Assembly: GCA_001643675.2 (NCBI GenBank)
Contig: LSRY02000004.1
Location: 1,674,001-1,738,000 of the forward strand
DNA length: 64,000 nucleotides
Direction of reading: 5' to 3'
Origin: Monocercomonoides exilis PA203
Lineage: Eukaryota > Protista > Preaxostyla
A program made the position numbers and the translations under genes. The notes beneath the pieces were generated by a model that was given only the letters and a program-made list of their open reading frames with translations, was not told the DNA's origin and ran no database searches. Below are positions 37,870-51,995 of this stretch, piece after piece. Every line of letters begins with the position of its first letter. Position 1 is the stretch's first letter.

Positions 37870-38930
37870 TTATTCGTTATTTTGAAATATCAGTTCCATC
37901 TGTAATCTCGCAATCATCCCAAGAAACGACTCATAAGTTACTACCTTCTTTGGATATTTCCCTCTCTTATCTCCATCAACCCGTTCATCATACTCTCCAA
38001 ACGGGATCTGGAGCTTCAGGCACACCCACAGCATCATCCCGATCCAGAATGCCACCGACTCCTTTGTTGCCCCCATCTTCTTGTTCATCAACATTTCTGG
38101 CGCTTTCTACCTCAAACACTCTTTTTTGAAGCTATCTTCTTCCTCAAATGCAGATGAGGGCAGAGAGTCTCTATCGTTTCTGCAATCATCATCATCATCG
38201 CATGCAGATGTGACAACAGTTGAAGAAGAGATGGAAGAAGAGTCGGAATCTGATGAACAGTCAGAGTGCAAAGCGATGCAAATTACCATGTGCTCTGAGA
38301 AGAGTACAATATGGGGACTTAAGTTTAACAAAGAGGATAGTTCATCTTCCTCATCCTCAAATGAATGAAGAGCTCCATTGGACACCCAAAACAGGATTTG
38401 GGAAGCAGTTATCATTCTTTCTTCCAGCGTTCCTATCGTCATCTCCTTTATATTATTCCTCCCATGAAGCAGCATGAACAGTGAATTTTTCAGATCCACA
38501 ATCAATTTTTTATGATGCGAAGAACAAGCTATTGAATCAACTAAGTTAGACATGGAAGAAGAAGTTGGACACAGATCCTCCACAAGAACAAATGTTGTAT
38601 CTGTGTCTGTTGTTGAAGTGGATAAGATAGAAGGTGAGGGAGTTTGTTTCCTTGTCTCTTCCTCCTCTTCCTTTTCTAAAGCCCAATCAGGAATCTTATC
38701 TGAATCTTTCCCCAGAACGTATTCTGTCGATCCGCTCTCACTCAACGAATGTTTTTATGTCTCTGAATGAATAACATTTTTCTCACATATTCTATGCGAT
38801 CTATTCATTTTTTTTTTTCCTTTCTACATTGTTCTCCTTTCTCTTTTGAAACTTTTCCAGCATCATCTCCATCGATACCAGCTCATCCAGCTTTGGATCT
38901 ACTCTTTTGATCCAAAACTCATTCATTTTT
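37870..38930 (-). pseudogene. Orphan intracellular (pseudokinase) fragment of the receptor family
   Basis: SESGSTEYVLGKDSDKIPDW...LNLSPHIVLFSEHMVICIALHSD...ATKESVAFWIGMMLWVCLKLQIPFGEY is closely similar to the C-terminus of 26459-31414. Contains a stop at 38107 and is truncated at both ends. Confidence 0.88.
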
Positions 38931-39754
38931 TCACCCGATATTCATACAAAGGCATTTTTTCAACAAACAGTTAACAAATAAAAATTTTAAAGTACGTACG
39001 ACATAGTCAATACAATATTTTTTTTAACACTTTCCCAAATCAACATATATATCTTCTTGTTTATATTTTTCATGAACAAGCTTTATTAAAATTTCTGTCG
39101 TTTACAAAGAACGAAAAATTAACAATCAATTTACTTTTCAAACCATTTTATTAAAAATACTTATTCTGGAATATCAGAAATTTGAAAAAGGAGTCAGCAA
39201 CTGAAAGCTACACTGATTTTTTGAAAAATATTTCTATTGTTTGCAAATAAATATAATAACAAGAATTAAGTTAGACTAAATCCATGAAATAATTTAAAAA
39301 ATAATTAACAATAAAGAATATATCTGGAAATAACGAAACAATTCTAAGAAAATCAGAAACAAAACTTAAAACTGCGATCTTTTTTCGTGAAAAACTTTTG
39401 CGATTTTTTATCTTAAAGTTTGAAGATTCATTATATCAAAGCAACCAATTTCAAAATTAATTTGATTGCGTTTGTTCTGTTTAACTGATGATAATTACAA
39501 TTATGCATAATAATGAAGATAAAATAAAAATAATATCTTATTTGAAAAATTTAACGATAATATAAACACAAAGACGATTTATGATCAAGATTGCAAATAA
39601 ACAAAGTACATACAGTTTGTTCACCGAAAAACAGAGTGCAAACAAAGCCTGACAGAGTTATTCCAGGAAAAACATTTTGATCTATCCCTCAATTCAATTT
39701 GACATCATAACAATCAAAATAATGGTGAAAAAAATATTGAACTATTTTTTTGAA

Positions 39755-40000
39755 TATGTCTAAATTTTTTTGAAAAGTTCCTTTTGTTTAATTTTCAAAC
39801 AGAATAAAAATTTCATTTTTCGATTAAATTTCTGTTCCCTCTCACCAAATTTTGCTGTCATGAAAACACAATCTTGACAATGTTAATATTTCCTAGCTGG
39901 TGAATTTTGGTGAGTGGGAACAGAAATTTAATCGAAATATGAAATTCTAATTTTATTTGTAAATTAAACAAAAGGAACTTTTCAAAAAAATTTTGACATA
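39755..40000. mobile_element. Foldback/long-TIR MITE (~97-bp inverted arms, ~50-bp spacer)
   Basis: TATGTCTAAATTTTTTTGAAAAGTTCCTTTTGTTTAATTT...TTTCTGTTCCCTCTCACCAAA pairs with 39904-40000. TA at both ends. Confidence 0.8.
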
Positions 40001-40401
40001 TAAAGAATTAATAATTTTCAATTATTTATTTCTGAAAAAAAGTATTTAATCAAAAAACAATCTATTCTTTTTAATTAGAAGTTTGTCGACATTCCTTTGC
40101 AAATTCGACCGACTCAATTCACAAAAAATTTAATTGTCGCAAAGGATTAATAAAAACATTCAATTAAAGAAATGATCAAAAAAATAAAAATAACTTTAGT
40201 CTGTTCATTCAACAAACTCAAAGAAAGTTCTATTAATATACAAAAAATTCAAATAAAACAATGAGTATTAATAAAATAGAAAATGAATATAAAAATTTTA
40301 AACATTCTTTTTAAAGATTTTTCTAACTCCTTTTATTCAAGATAAATGATAATAAATACATGAATGTGGTTAAGATCAGTTATTAACCGTTTTATATCTA
40401 G

Positions 40402-40911
40402 ATGGACTATATACAACAACACAACTTGTATCAACTCATTGAAGTTTTAACAGCTTCACTTTTCTATCATCAACCAGAAGATCCAAGAGGATTTTTAATT
40501 GACCAATTGGAATCAATATTAAGATTGAAACAAACTGGAAGTCAGGAAGGAGAGATTCCAAATCTTTTTTCACCAGAGGACATTGATACATTATTTGATA
40601 TGTTTTCAAAGAAAATGGATACAATTACAGCAGCACAAGCAAACACCGGTTTGCATATTTTCTTTTTCATTTAAAAAAATCAAAATTTATTGTTAAATTT
40701 CATTTTAATCCGAATAAAACATATTATTTCAACATTGCAGCATTACAGGCAATAGGAATTTATGCGGATGATCCAATTGGAAAAGCACTTTTAACAAGGG
40801 AAGAGTTTAATGATTTGATGTTTGCAATTAATATTTATAGATTTTCTTAACAATTTCGAAACATTTAGTAATACGCGTATCAAGAATCGAAACGATTCAC
40901 TATTTTCATGA
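40402..40911 (+). CDS. EFCAB10-like small protein (RIIa/Dpy-30-type docking domain plus EF-hand-like), 3 or more exons
   Basis: DYIQQHNLYQLIEVLTASLFYHQPEDPRGFLIDQL...LFSPEDIDTLFDMF. Introns ~40649-40740 and ~40820-40868 give ALQAIGI...NDLINTRIKNRNDSLFS*. Confidence 0.75.
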
Positions 40912-42555
40912 GTTATTATCCACTTCGAACAACAAAAATACTTTTATTTCATAAGTGTTAATTTACAAACTATTGTTACATAAGAAATACACAAAATAAT
41001 AAAGTATTCAATACTAGTTAAAACCGAAAGGAGATAAAAATTCAGTTATTCGGATTATTAAAGAAATTCAAGCTTTACAAATATTTATTCATTTTTACAA
41101 AATATTTTGAAATGAAAAATAAATTTTTGTAAAGTCTGACTTCATTCATGCTTCCTAACCAAAGAAAATTGTATTTTGTCATATATAGATATATACGTTT
41201 AATCGAATCAACATTAAACACCCTGTTTTAAGTAGAAAATATGAACAAAAATTCAAAAATAGTTTTTCCATTTCCCCTAAAAAATTTCCAAATGACAACA
41301 TCAGAATGAAGATTGTAATCATAATCTTCGAAACCGAGAAACTTTTAAGTTATTATTTTATGCAGCAACCAGAGGAAATGTCAACAGTGCATTGAAATAA
41401 AAAATATAATTAAATGATTTTGCTTTTTGGATCACATGATAACACTGTTTTTCATGTAAAGAATATTAATTATTGAGTGATAGAAATTTCTTTATTCGTA
41501 TTCATTTCAAAGAGTTTTGCGCTTGCTATTTATTAAGAGCTCATTTTATATTCCTCCAAACAAATTATAAATATCTGAGATGAGAAGCCGAATGGCGAGG
41601 AAATGATCTGAACATCTACCAATTATCAGAGAGAATAATATGAATAAGGATTGTAATATCTTTCTTTCTCTCTCTCTTTTTTGAATAAGTGAAAACCATA
41701 TGATGTGAAGGATTAATAACATTAAGTTGGATGAATGAGAAAAGAAAAAGAACACTGAATAGATTACAGTTGGACAACATTTTTAAAAATAATGAAGGGG
41801 AATTTATTGGAGTGTTTTTGAAAAGAAAGTTGTTGCTAATGTTGAGAGTTGAATATTTATAGTGAAAAGAGATAACCAAGATAGAATCAATGAACAACAT
41901 TAAAATTGAATAATATCATCACAACACCTTTTAGTTTGCCTGCTTCTTTGCTGTGCTCAATTAATTTTGGAATAAGGAAAATCAGTCGTTGTTTAGGTGA
42001 AACTACAGAAGATTTCTTTGAAACTACAGGATTTGAAAGCTTCAATCATGAAGTGTACAAAGAAGATGGAAATGATTATGAAAATGCGGCTGGGAGAGAT
42101 ACAGGATATTCTGGAGAAGACAGAAGCACAGATAAATTGCATTGAATAGATCTTCATCAAAAAAGTAAAGACTTTGTAAACTTTGAGGAAAAGTGCAACA
42201 GGAGCTGATTGTTGCAGGAAAAGTGAAGGTGATTCATTTTATGGATCACAAAATAACAATTCTATTCAACTTTTGCTTCTTCATCACAATTATTTTTATA
42301 TCGGTTGATTTATGTGAATATAAAATCTTTTTGTATTCCATCAAAAATAATTCCGATGTTCATTTATTCGTAATGGATCACATACATTTGTTTAATGCTA
42401 TCAAATTGTTTCATAAAAGAAAAACTTTTTATATGTTTAAATTAATAATGAAATAATTTGATCACTTTCACAAAGACACTAATAAAGGTTTTTGGATAAA
42501 AAACTATTGAAATGACATAAATCATAAAACGATAAAACATAAACCGCTTTTTCAA

Positions 42556-42639
42556 GCAAGGATGGCCGAGCGGTCTAAGGCGGTGGATTTAAGCTCCCCT
42601 ATCCGTATGGATGCGTGGGTTCGAACCCCACTCCTTGCA
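42556..42639 (+). tRNA. tRNA-Leu(UAA)
   Basis: GCAAGGA/TCCTTGC acceptor stem, TGGCCGAGCGGTCTAAGG D-arm, anticodon TAA at 42590-42592, long variable arm, GGTTCGAACCC T-loop, and a downstream T5 terminator. Confidence 0.95.
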
Positions 42640-42976
42640 ATTTTTGGTTTTTGAAAAGAAAATACATAAACATATTATTATTTTTTTTTACTAAAAATCT
42701 CGAAAAAAGATTAAAACAAAAATTAATATTACGAAATAAAGAATCTGTTTATTTGTAAATTTATTCACCTTTGTTGCATGTTTCGATTCATTTCGCCTTC
42801 TTGTTTTGAGGATGATGATTGAAATTTTAATTTTCTTTGTTTATATTTTTCGATTTTGTTGATCGAAATTGTGATTTATTGTTTGAATGAATTATTGTGA
42901 ATTTTCATTTTCAAATTGAATTGTTCTTGATTTTATGCTTTTTAACCTTTCAATGCCTGCATTTTAACATCAATTC

Positions 42977-45900
42977 TTAACTTTCTTGAAGATTTTCTTC
43001 TTCTTCGTCTTCGTCCTCATCTTCTTCTTCAAATTCTTCACAGCTGCTGTTATAGTCAAATTCATCCATTCTATCAGTTTGTATTCTCGCATTTTCGGAG
43101 CTAAACTCTTCCAATTCCAAAACAACCTTCATATAATTCTTAAAAAGAATATTAGCACATTTTTTCCAATCTATTTCCTCTGAAACAGTTAGAATTCCGA
43201 TCAGCTCCCTTCTTTCGGTTGTTTCTATCAAGTCAAAGCATGCAGTATTTTCAATGCAAATATCTTCTGCTGTTGGACTTGCCAGATAGCGAGGCGAAAT
43301 ATCATCTGGATCGTCTTCGTCGTCATCATCATCGTTGATTTCTTCATCGTATCCACTCAAAGAATTCTGGGGATAACTTGAAAGGATTTCACCAGCTCCA
43401 TTGTCTTTACTGGTATATGCGCTGTATCCAATCATCTTCTTCGATTCGTGTGGAGGTTGAGTATATTGGCTTATTCGCATTGACCTTTCCACAATATCCA
43501 TCTCGTTCATCCGCATCAGCTTAGCTTCTCTTTTCTGCTGTTTCTGGAGCAGCATTGCTCTTTTCTCTTCCCACATCTCCTGAACATACTCTTCTGCCTG
43601 CTGGTACCCCCTCTTTACGCATCGCAAGACCACACGCAGCAGTTTTGAGACTGCAACGACTGAAACGCGCCTAAGTGTTGGAGATTTTGGGGAATGGAAT
43701 TCTATTTCACTCTCAATTGACAGCAAAAACTCCATCACCACAGCTACAACATGGTGCGTGTTAAGTGCATCAACACAGCTGTCTCCTCCACTCGATAAGG
43801 AATCCAACGCAAATGCTGCTTCGTCAAGAATCTTTCCGTTGATGAATGCTTCATCGAATGGACATGCAAGCTTCGTGAGGATTTTTATTTTGTCGTCGTT
43901 TGTTTTTGAAGATTTTCCATATAAAACTCCATTGCATGGCAAAGCATTTCGTACTATAACTTCAGATCCATCTTCATCTTCTTCAATTTCCTCGCTCTCC
44001 TCGCTCTCTTCACTTTGCTCACTTTCATTTTCATCATCATCATCATCATCTTCTTCTTCTTCTTCATCGCCATCATCATCTTCCATCTTATTCTCTTCTC
44101 CTTTTTCCTTTCTTCTTCCTTTAGACCTCTTCTTTTTTTTGGAGCTTTCCTTCTTTTTCCTTCCTTTCTGGTGGATGATGTACTGTGTGCCCTTCGGATC
44201 GTTCAGGAAGAGCCTGCACAAAATGTAGATCAAACCTCCTGTGCAGAATGCGCTGGCATACGAATTTTGAGTCCGGCTGATGTTTCCGACTGTGCCGAGC
44301 GCATCGACAGCAATGTCTTCGTGGAGGGAGCATATCATGCTGAACAGGAGAGTGACTATGTCTGATTGCATCAGCATCTGAGAATTTTTTTTTTTTTGGA
44401 GAAGGGATTTTTAAATATTAGGAACATGAAAAAGAAAAAGAAAAAATTAAATAAAAAATCCTTTTTAAGAATGATAATAATAATAAAATACAAAAAAAAT
44501 CAAACAAATATTATTGACTTCATTCAATTTTCCGATTCATACCTCACAGCCTGAAATGGTTGGATGAGTCATATACGAAATAGAGAAGAACAGTTGGGCA
44601 GCTGCTTTGGCAATTAAAACATTTGGAAAATCAATAACTCTTTGGATTATCAGCTGCAATGGTGTAACACTTATTGGCAGTGAATACGTCTCAATCACAG
44701 GCAAAGCATCCATATCAGTTGAAGTGAATGGGTCAGGAAAAGAAGGAGCAGGAGAAGGTGTATGATTGTGGTGATCAATAACAGTAGGAGAACGCGAAAG
44801 ACTGGAAGGAATAGCAGATGAAGTGTCAATTGTTGCTGCTGTGCTTGTTGGATGAAGTGCAGAGGCATTTGTGGAAGTGGCCAATGAAATGGAAGAAGGC
44901 TGTGCTGCCTGCTGAAATGGATTTGCAGACGAAGATTGAGAACACAAGGGAGAAGAAGAAGAAGAGAAGGAAATGGTGGAATGCGAAGGTGAAGTGCTTT
45001 GAGGCTGCGTTGAAGTGCTTTGAGAGAAATACAGCGGAAGTGCGATTTTTTTCCTCACGTTTGCTTTGCGGAAGTGGTCGATTTGGGTGAGGTGTGTTTG
45101 CGTCAGCCAAGGCAGCGCTTTCCCGTCGTCAGAAGCAACGTTGTCTATAAACTTGATGGTGTCCAGCAGAGCAAACTTGTCCAGTTCGGAGTCGAGCAGG
45201 AAGAGAGAGGCAACAGGCAGCACACGAAGCAGCTGCTGTGCTGAGCGCTCGATGGTGCAGAAGGCGCTCTCCGAGTTCAGCGCCCGCTGCAGCACATCTA
45301 CTCTTTTCTCTGTCTCTGTGAGTGTCTTTGCTGCCTCGCATGAAGTGAGTGATGCTGCGAGCGATTGCGGTTGAATGGACAACGGATAGCGCGGGCGGTC
45401 CTGAAGAATGAGGCTGATGTTTGAGAGAAAGAACAGACACTCGTCGAATGTGTGCTGAGATAAAGGAGGAGCAGATGAGGGAGCATAGAACAATGTCGTT
45501 GTGGAGGAAGGAGCACTGGTAGAAGAAGCTTGAGACAATGCAGGATTAGTTGCAGAAGAAATGTCGCCAGTTTTGCTTGAGGTGAAAGATGCATATGAAT
45601 CGAGATCAGACACAACACATACAACAGGCATTGAGTAACTTGAAAGAATTCGAATGATATCATTTTGAACTTCCATTTCTGTTAGATACAATTGTGATTC
45701 TATGGATTCTCCAGCGGCACATGCCAAAAAATGTATAGCCTACAATAATATTTTCCGATTGTTAAAGATGAGTTTTAAAGAAATCAAATGATTTATTTTT
45801 ATTGTTATAGCTTGTCAATATTATTTATCAATCAAACATTTCCTAAAATGTCTTCATTACATGATCTTTGGATTTGTCTTGCAGCAAAATTTGTTACTGG

Positions 45901-46514
45901 AGAATAAATAACTTCACTTACTCTATTGCTTGTAGCTCCTGCAACAATGTTTATAAGAATCCAGTAACATGAAACCTATTTTCAAAATATTACGAAATGT
46001 TGAAGAATAAAATCAGCAAACGATTATAGCTTCATTTGATGATTTCTGAAGTAAATACTGAAGTTTTGTCAAGATATCATGATCAAACAAACGATTCTGA
46101 ACTCCTTTCTTCAAATCTGAAAAATAAAAAAACCAAAATCAGTCATATCAAATTATATGCAAGCTCACACCATGCTCACTCATAACTCGTAATCGCAATA
46201 ATGAATTTATAACAGTTGTTTCATCTGATGATGACAAATTTTGGATGTTTTCATCAATCTCTGCTTCCTTATGTTCGCGAAAAAAATATTGTTAAAACTT
46301 CAAATAACCAGATGCATACAGCAGGGAGAGGTTTTTTATCATTTTTTTCAGATTTCGATAGCATTCTGCAATTTGATAGTTTTTCACTTCTCGAGGTAGA
46401 GCGGAGACTTAAAGCAAAATCTTTATTGGACTCATTGGCCAAAGACGATATTTTTTCACCATAAAATGAGGAAAAGCGAGATGTTTTAAGCTGATTTTTG
46501 TTGAAATCAGCCAT
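42977..46514 (-). CDS. Importin-alpha-like ARM-repeat protein (divergent, multi-exon)
   Basis: IBB-like N-terminus (FALSLRSTSRSEKLSNCR). ARM motifs YWILINIVAG, HFLACAAGES, DALGTVGNIS and EAAFALDSL. Ser-rich and acidic insertions. Confidence 0.7.
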
Positions 46515-46602
46515 ATGATTGCTTCCACAAAAGAGAAAAATGAAAAAAATTAATGATCTGAATATACCATTATTATTTTATTTATTTTTGTTTAAACAAA
46601 TT
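46515..46602. promoter_or_regulatory. Putative bidirectional promoter (88 bp between divergent ATGs)
   Basis: ATG at 46514 (-) and inferred ATG at 46603 (+); AT-rich spacer. Confidence 0.55.
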
Positions 46603-49600
46603 ATGAGCTTGGTGTGCAAAACCCTCTGCGGTAGTCGAAAAACAGGATGCACAGATGGAATGAGGGTTTGAAAATTTATTTTTTAGTTAATTTTACATGT
46701 TTTGCAATATATTTTTTAGGATGATGTTCGATTCAGCAGGCCTATTGGTTCTTGTTTACTACCAGAGGGGGATATGTTGTTGTCAGATTCGAGAAATAAT
46801 GCATTACGAAAGATTTCACTGGATGGAAGATGCGGTTTGCACCTTTTCCGTTTTTGCTTTTTTTTCAAAAATCATATTTAAAAAAATGAACAGAGACTAT
46901 TGCACCTTCAATAACTCGATCTCATCTTCTTGAACCAACAGGATTGGCAATGTCAATGTCTGGAGATTCTGTATTTATTTGCGATTCAGGTCACAACAGG
47001 ATACGACAATTTATATTTCAAACTAACACTCTAATTTCGTATGCTGGGAATGGCAAAAGAGGGAAAAAAGATGGTCGCTGTGCTCTTGCACAGTTCAATA
47101 ATCCCATTGCTTTATGTGTTTGTACGGATGGAGCCTTGATTGTTTGCGATGAAGGTAATCATTGCATTCGACATATTAGCCCCAAGGGCATTGTATCAAC
47201 AATAGCAGGAAGATCAGATATTTCTGAAGGAGGACACGAAGATGGATCTATTGAAGTCGCTCAATTTAATAAGCCTAGTGGAGTTTGCTTAAGATCTGAT
47301 GGCACATTGTTTATTGCTGATCGTCTTAACAATTGCATCAGAATGATTCGAGGACAAACAGTTACAACTGTGGCAGGTTACCCTAAAAAGGCTGGGTATT
47401 GCGATGGGAGTACGCTTATTTCGCAAAATAGTCCTAAAAAGTCTGCAGAGAGTGCAGTTTCTACGCAAAGTCTTGCGCCTCTTGCACTGTTTAATCAGCC
47501 CAGCTATCTTGCAATTGCATCTGATGGGGGCATTCTTGTTGTTGACAGCGGCAATAGTGCAATAAGGAGAATATCAGCAGATTTAGAAAGAGTTGACACG
47601 ATTGCAGGAAGCAGGCCCTTTAGAGCAAATGATATGGAAGCTGATTGGAGTGGAGGAACATGCAATTCGACTGAAATGCTGATGATGATGACGATGATGG
47701 GAGCATCGTCAACAAGAGGATCTTCAGGGTTAGTATTTTCGTCACCCAGATCACCCAGATCTCCCACTTCTTTCGGCACTAAAGCAGAAATGACTGTTAC
47801 AACCGGAGTGAAAGCAAAAGGAGAAAGCGGGTTTTGCGATGGGCCAGCACTTGGTGGTTGTTTGATGAACCAGCCAAGATCTTTGTGTCTGGTCGGCTGT
47901 GGCATTGTTGTTGTTGACAGCGGAAATCACGCTGTTCGGATGCTGCAATTTGAAGATTATAACGATGGAGATGAATTGCAGAGAAAGAGAGCAGAAGAAC
48001 AGAAAGCAAGAGACAGAAAAACGATTGAAAAATTTGAAGAAGAAGAAATAGAATGTGACTCAGAATCTTTCAAAAAGACAAGCCAATACAAAACAAAAAT
48101 CAAAGAGCCTCGAAGTGAAAGAGCGGATGATAAAAGCAGTCAACTTACACAAGATTATTACTCAAACGAAATGGAAACAACAAATGATGATTTAAGAACA
48201 AATGAAAAGGGAAAAGAAGCTCGCTCATCGTTTCAATGCGAAGTTGATAAAAAAATAAAAACAAAGAGAGCTGAGTCAGCAGAGCACAAACAAAATGAAG
48301 CTCAGTTTGCTGTGCTTGTTGAACAGGAACTGGAGATTATCGAAGAAGAGCTGAATTATTTGAAGCAGGCAGGTGAAAGCGCAGAAGCAGAGTCAAGTAC
48401 AAATTCAGAAGTCCATCTCTTCATGACAGACAGAGAGAAACGAATTTTGGCTCGGACACGGGCAGCTCGAGAAAAAGGACCAATGAAAGATTATCACACA
48501 AAAGCAAATGATCTCAAAGAAAAAGAAAAGGAAAAAGAGAAAGAGAAAGAAGACAGTCAAAATTCTCTGCCTCTTTCTGCAAATGAAAATACATCTGCGA
48601 TAACTTCGCAAAATAGTTTGATGCAATCAACAAGTTCACAATACAGCAATGATTCTGTTGAATCACAAAAAGGAAAAAAAGTCGCACCAATCACTCGCCC
48701 GAAATCTGTAACATACAAGCAACTATCTCAGCGTTCATCTGCTTCCTTAGCACCCAAAAGCTTGGCTACAAATGCTGAAAATTCACGAAAGAAGCCAAAT
48801 AAAGAAAACGAAACGAGCAGTTCTTCAAATGTTCCATTGAATTCACAAAAAAGAGCAAAGGCCGTTCCAAATATACCATTGCCACCTGAAAGCAACTCTT
48901 TAAGTTCTCAAAAGATTCCACCACAATCAACCGACTCAGCTTCTTTTTCTTCTGATATTTGTCGTTCACGTCCACCTTCAAATACGTTGCCCAATAACAT
49001 TCCACAAACAAACTCACACCACTCACAGGATAGCTCACGTGTTTCAATCGGACGGGAATCTCCTTCAATCTCTCCGGTTGGTACTCCTCACACACAACGC
49101 TGCCTATCTCCTGTCTCCACATTTTCTCGCTCATCGAAGCACTCACGAACGAACTCCCGTTCTAACTCTGTTTCACGTTCTTCGTCTCCTTCTCCATCTC
49201 CTTCTGCGTCCTACCGTTTTTCTGTTACTTCTTCACCTCCCAGCTCATACTCTTCTCCTCTTCCTCGTTCGCATCGCCATCAATCACCTCTCTCAATTCC
49301 TCTGTCATTTTCGACGCCTCCTCGCAGAATGGAGGTCACTTCACTTCATCCTTCAGCCAGCCCATCAGTGACATTCGCTACAACCCAATCAAAGCTGTCT
49401 TCAACACAAAATCCCACACTTACTCCAGCTGAATTCACACACTCTTCTATTTCTAATCTTAGCTACATTAAACTTCCCCAGCTACCTGGAAATGTCATTC
49501 CTCAGAACACCACAAAAATCATATCCTTCCCGATCGTGTCTGTTGCTGAAGGAGGCGGATTTGTCCCATCGCTTTTGAGTCCTGGCTCAACTGTCGAAGT

Positions 49601-51995
49601 GCACTATGATCACAAACAGCACATTCCTCTTCTTCGTCTGTTGTTATGTGATGCTTCTGCTGTTGAAGATGCTGAGAAGTTGGATGAGACAAGTAGATCA
49701 CAGTCTCCTTCAGGATCTTCTCCGTCTCGAATTGCTTCAAATGCTTCGCCAACAAGACCTGGCTCTCCAAAGAAAGCCAAAAGGCAACAATTTCAGACAA
49801 TTTCACTTGCCATTCCACCATTTTCGTTTACAATCACTTCACAAAATCACGTCTGCTCTTTCTTTTCAATCCAAAATACGCAGCAAGCGAGACGAGCTTC
49901 ACCAACATCTTATTCGACAAACCATTCTTTCGTCCAGAGCACGCGATCCAACCAGAAAGCAGATTTTAGAGAAGGTTATGAACAGATTGACGAAGACAGC
50001 TCTCCTTCGCTTGTCATCATGTTTGCGGATGCAGTTGCTGCATCGTCATTTTCTGCTTCAATAAACAGACTCACAAAACAAGGCATCAAAGAAAGCATAA
50101 CGGAAGAAAAGATGAAGGAAAAATACAGAGAACAAAAGGAGAAAGAAATAGAAAGAGAGAAAGCGAGAGAACAAGAGAAGGAAAGAGAAAGAGAAAGGGA
50201 AAGGGAAAGGGAAAGAGAACGGTTGAAAGAGAAGGAACGTGAAGAAAAACTTTTTTCAGATAAGAATCTCGAAACCAGAAGTGAAAAACTGAAATATATT
50301 GAAATGTTAAATAAACAACGAAAAAGCAGAATTAAAGGAGAAGAAGAAAAAGAGGAGGAAGAGGAGGAAAAAGAAAAAGAAGAACCAGAAAAAGAAGTTG
50401 AAACAAAAGATGAAAATCATCTTCAAGATGAAACTGCGAACACACCAAAAAATACCCAAATAAACTCTGTTAAACAAACAAAAACTGAAAATCATAGCGT
50501 TGCTGATTCTATGCTTTTAATGCTTAATTTTCAATCAGCTTTAACTCAATGGATCATAAGGTTGATAAGCTCTTCTTCAACTTTTCAATTGCCTTCTTCT
50601 TCAGAAGCTAAGGAAGGATTTTCATCAACTGCTGATGAGAAGTTGTGTGAAATACCTGAAATATCTGCTGCTTGTGATTTAACTCGCAATCTGACATCAC
50701 TTCGTTCAAAGCACAACCAACTTACTTCTTTTACAATTTATTCTTTATTCACTTCAGCTCCTCTTCCAACGCAAGGACATCTTTCTCCATTGCAATTGGT
50801 TGTTTCCGATCTCTCATTCATTCTTTCGAACATCGCGTTTTCTCAATTGAAGCAATCACCACTTTCCATCTGGATGGAATCTTTTGAAAAATTGCAGAAA
50901 ACTGGAAATTGCGAAACGAATTACGAGAGAACGAACAATGATTTTAATGAAAAAGAAACAGACAAAGCTCCAAAGGAAACAATTTCAGAAGACGATCATT
51001 TAGAAAGCAAAGAGATACCACTTGACAGAAAAAAGTCCACAAGCACAGCAATTAGAGGAAATACAGCAGAAGCAAATTATTTGTTTTTCGAAGAACTTTC
51101 AAAAATTGCGCTTGAAAGTATTTCGTCAATCAATTTATCACTTGAACCTCTTCTGCCAAACTTTTCAATTTCGTCTTGGAGGAATGCAATTGCATATCTT
51201 CTTCCAGACAAAGAGGAAGCAGATAAATTGAAAGAGAAATATCACATTTCAGAATCTCCTAAGCAACAAATAGCAACAACATTTCCTACTGAAACGTTCC
51301 CTTCGCTTGTTGCTGCTGATTTGTCTCTTCTTTCATCATCTCAAAGTCCATCATCGCAGCAAACTCCTGCTCCATTAATCGGAGGCTCTTTTCTTATTTC
51401 TCTTCCTCAAATGCAGAGTAGTGCTTCATCTTCTTCAACTAACAGTACAACTTCCTCGTTATCTTCAGTGATTCCCTCTTCTTATCATTCAGCTATCTCT
51501 GCAAGCTCGTCCTCGCGTCTATCTTCGATTTCTTTCACAATTGTTTTATCTCTCATTGCACCGAAACATCGCTTAACGAGTGGAACTCGCCCAAGACGCA
51601 CGTCAGCGATATTACGAGGATCACCACTGCTTTTTGTAAAATCAGCAACTTTAGTCGATGCTAAAGAAAAGAAAAATGAAAAAACAAACAGTGAAAACGA
51701 AGAAGAGGAAGAAAATGAATGCTCATGGACAGTTGAGATTGCTGTGGAAGGAACGCCAAGTTCGTCCTCCCTTTCTTCTTCTGTCCAGCTCTCTGTGACT
51801 GTGCTTTTTGAATTTGGGGATATTCTTCCAACATTTTCAACAAGCACAGATTTCTCTGTACTATTTTCTTCATCTGTTTCATCATCTTCATTTGGAATCG
51901 ATGCTGACAAAGTGCCTCGTTCTTCAACTGAGCTAACTTCACTCTCTTCTTTGCTTTCATTTCATAGAATTTTTTTCACACAGCTTAGAAGCTAG
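46603..51995 (+). CDS. NHL-repeat (beta-propeller) protein with long Ser-rich/charged C-terminal region
   Basis: Repeats AQFNNPIALC..DGALIVCDEGNHCIR, AQFNKPSGV..LFIADRLNNCIR and LFNQPSYLA..VVDSGNSAIR. Short 5' exons start MSLVCKTLCGSRKTGCTDG. Confidence 0.88.

Noticed and set aside
33451-40145. CCTTTGCGACA at ~33451 and its inverse TGTCGCAAAGG at ~40135 as hAT termini
   Set aside because: Only 11 bp, no flanking 8-bp duplication seen, and the span would include unrelated relics.
41546-42456. Short ORFs upstream of the tRNA
   Set aside because: No recognisable motifs or consistent exon chain; possibly a relic but unsupported.
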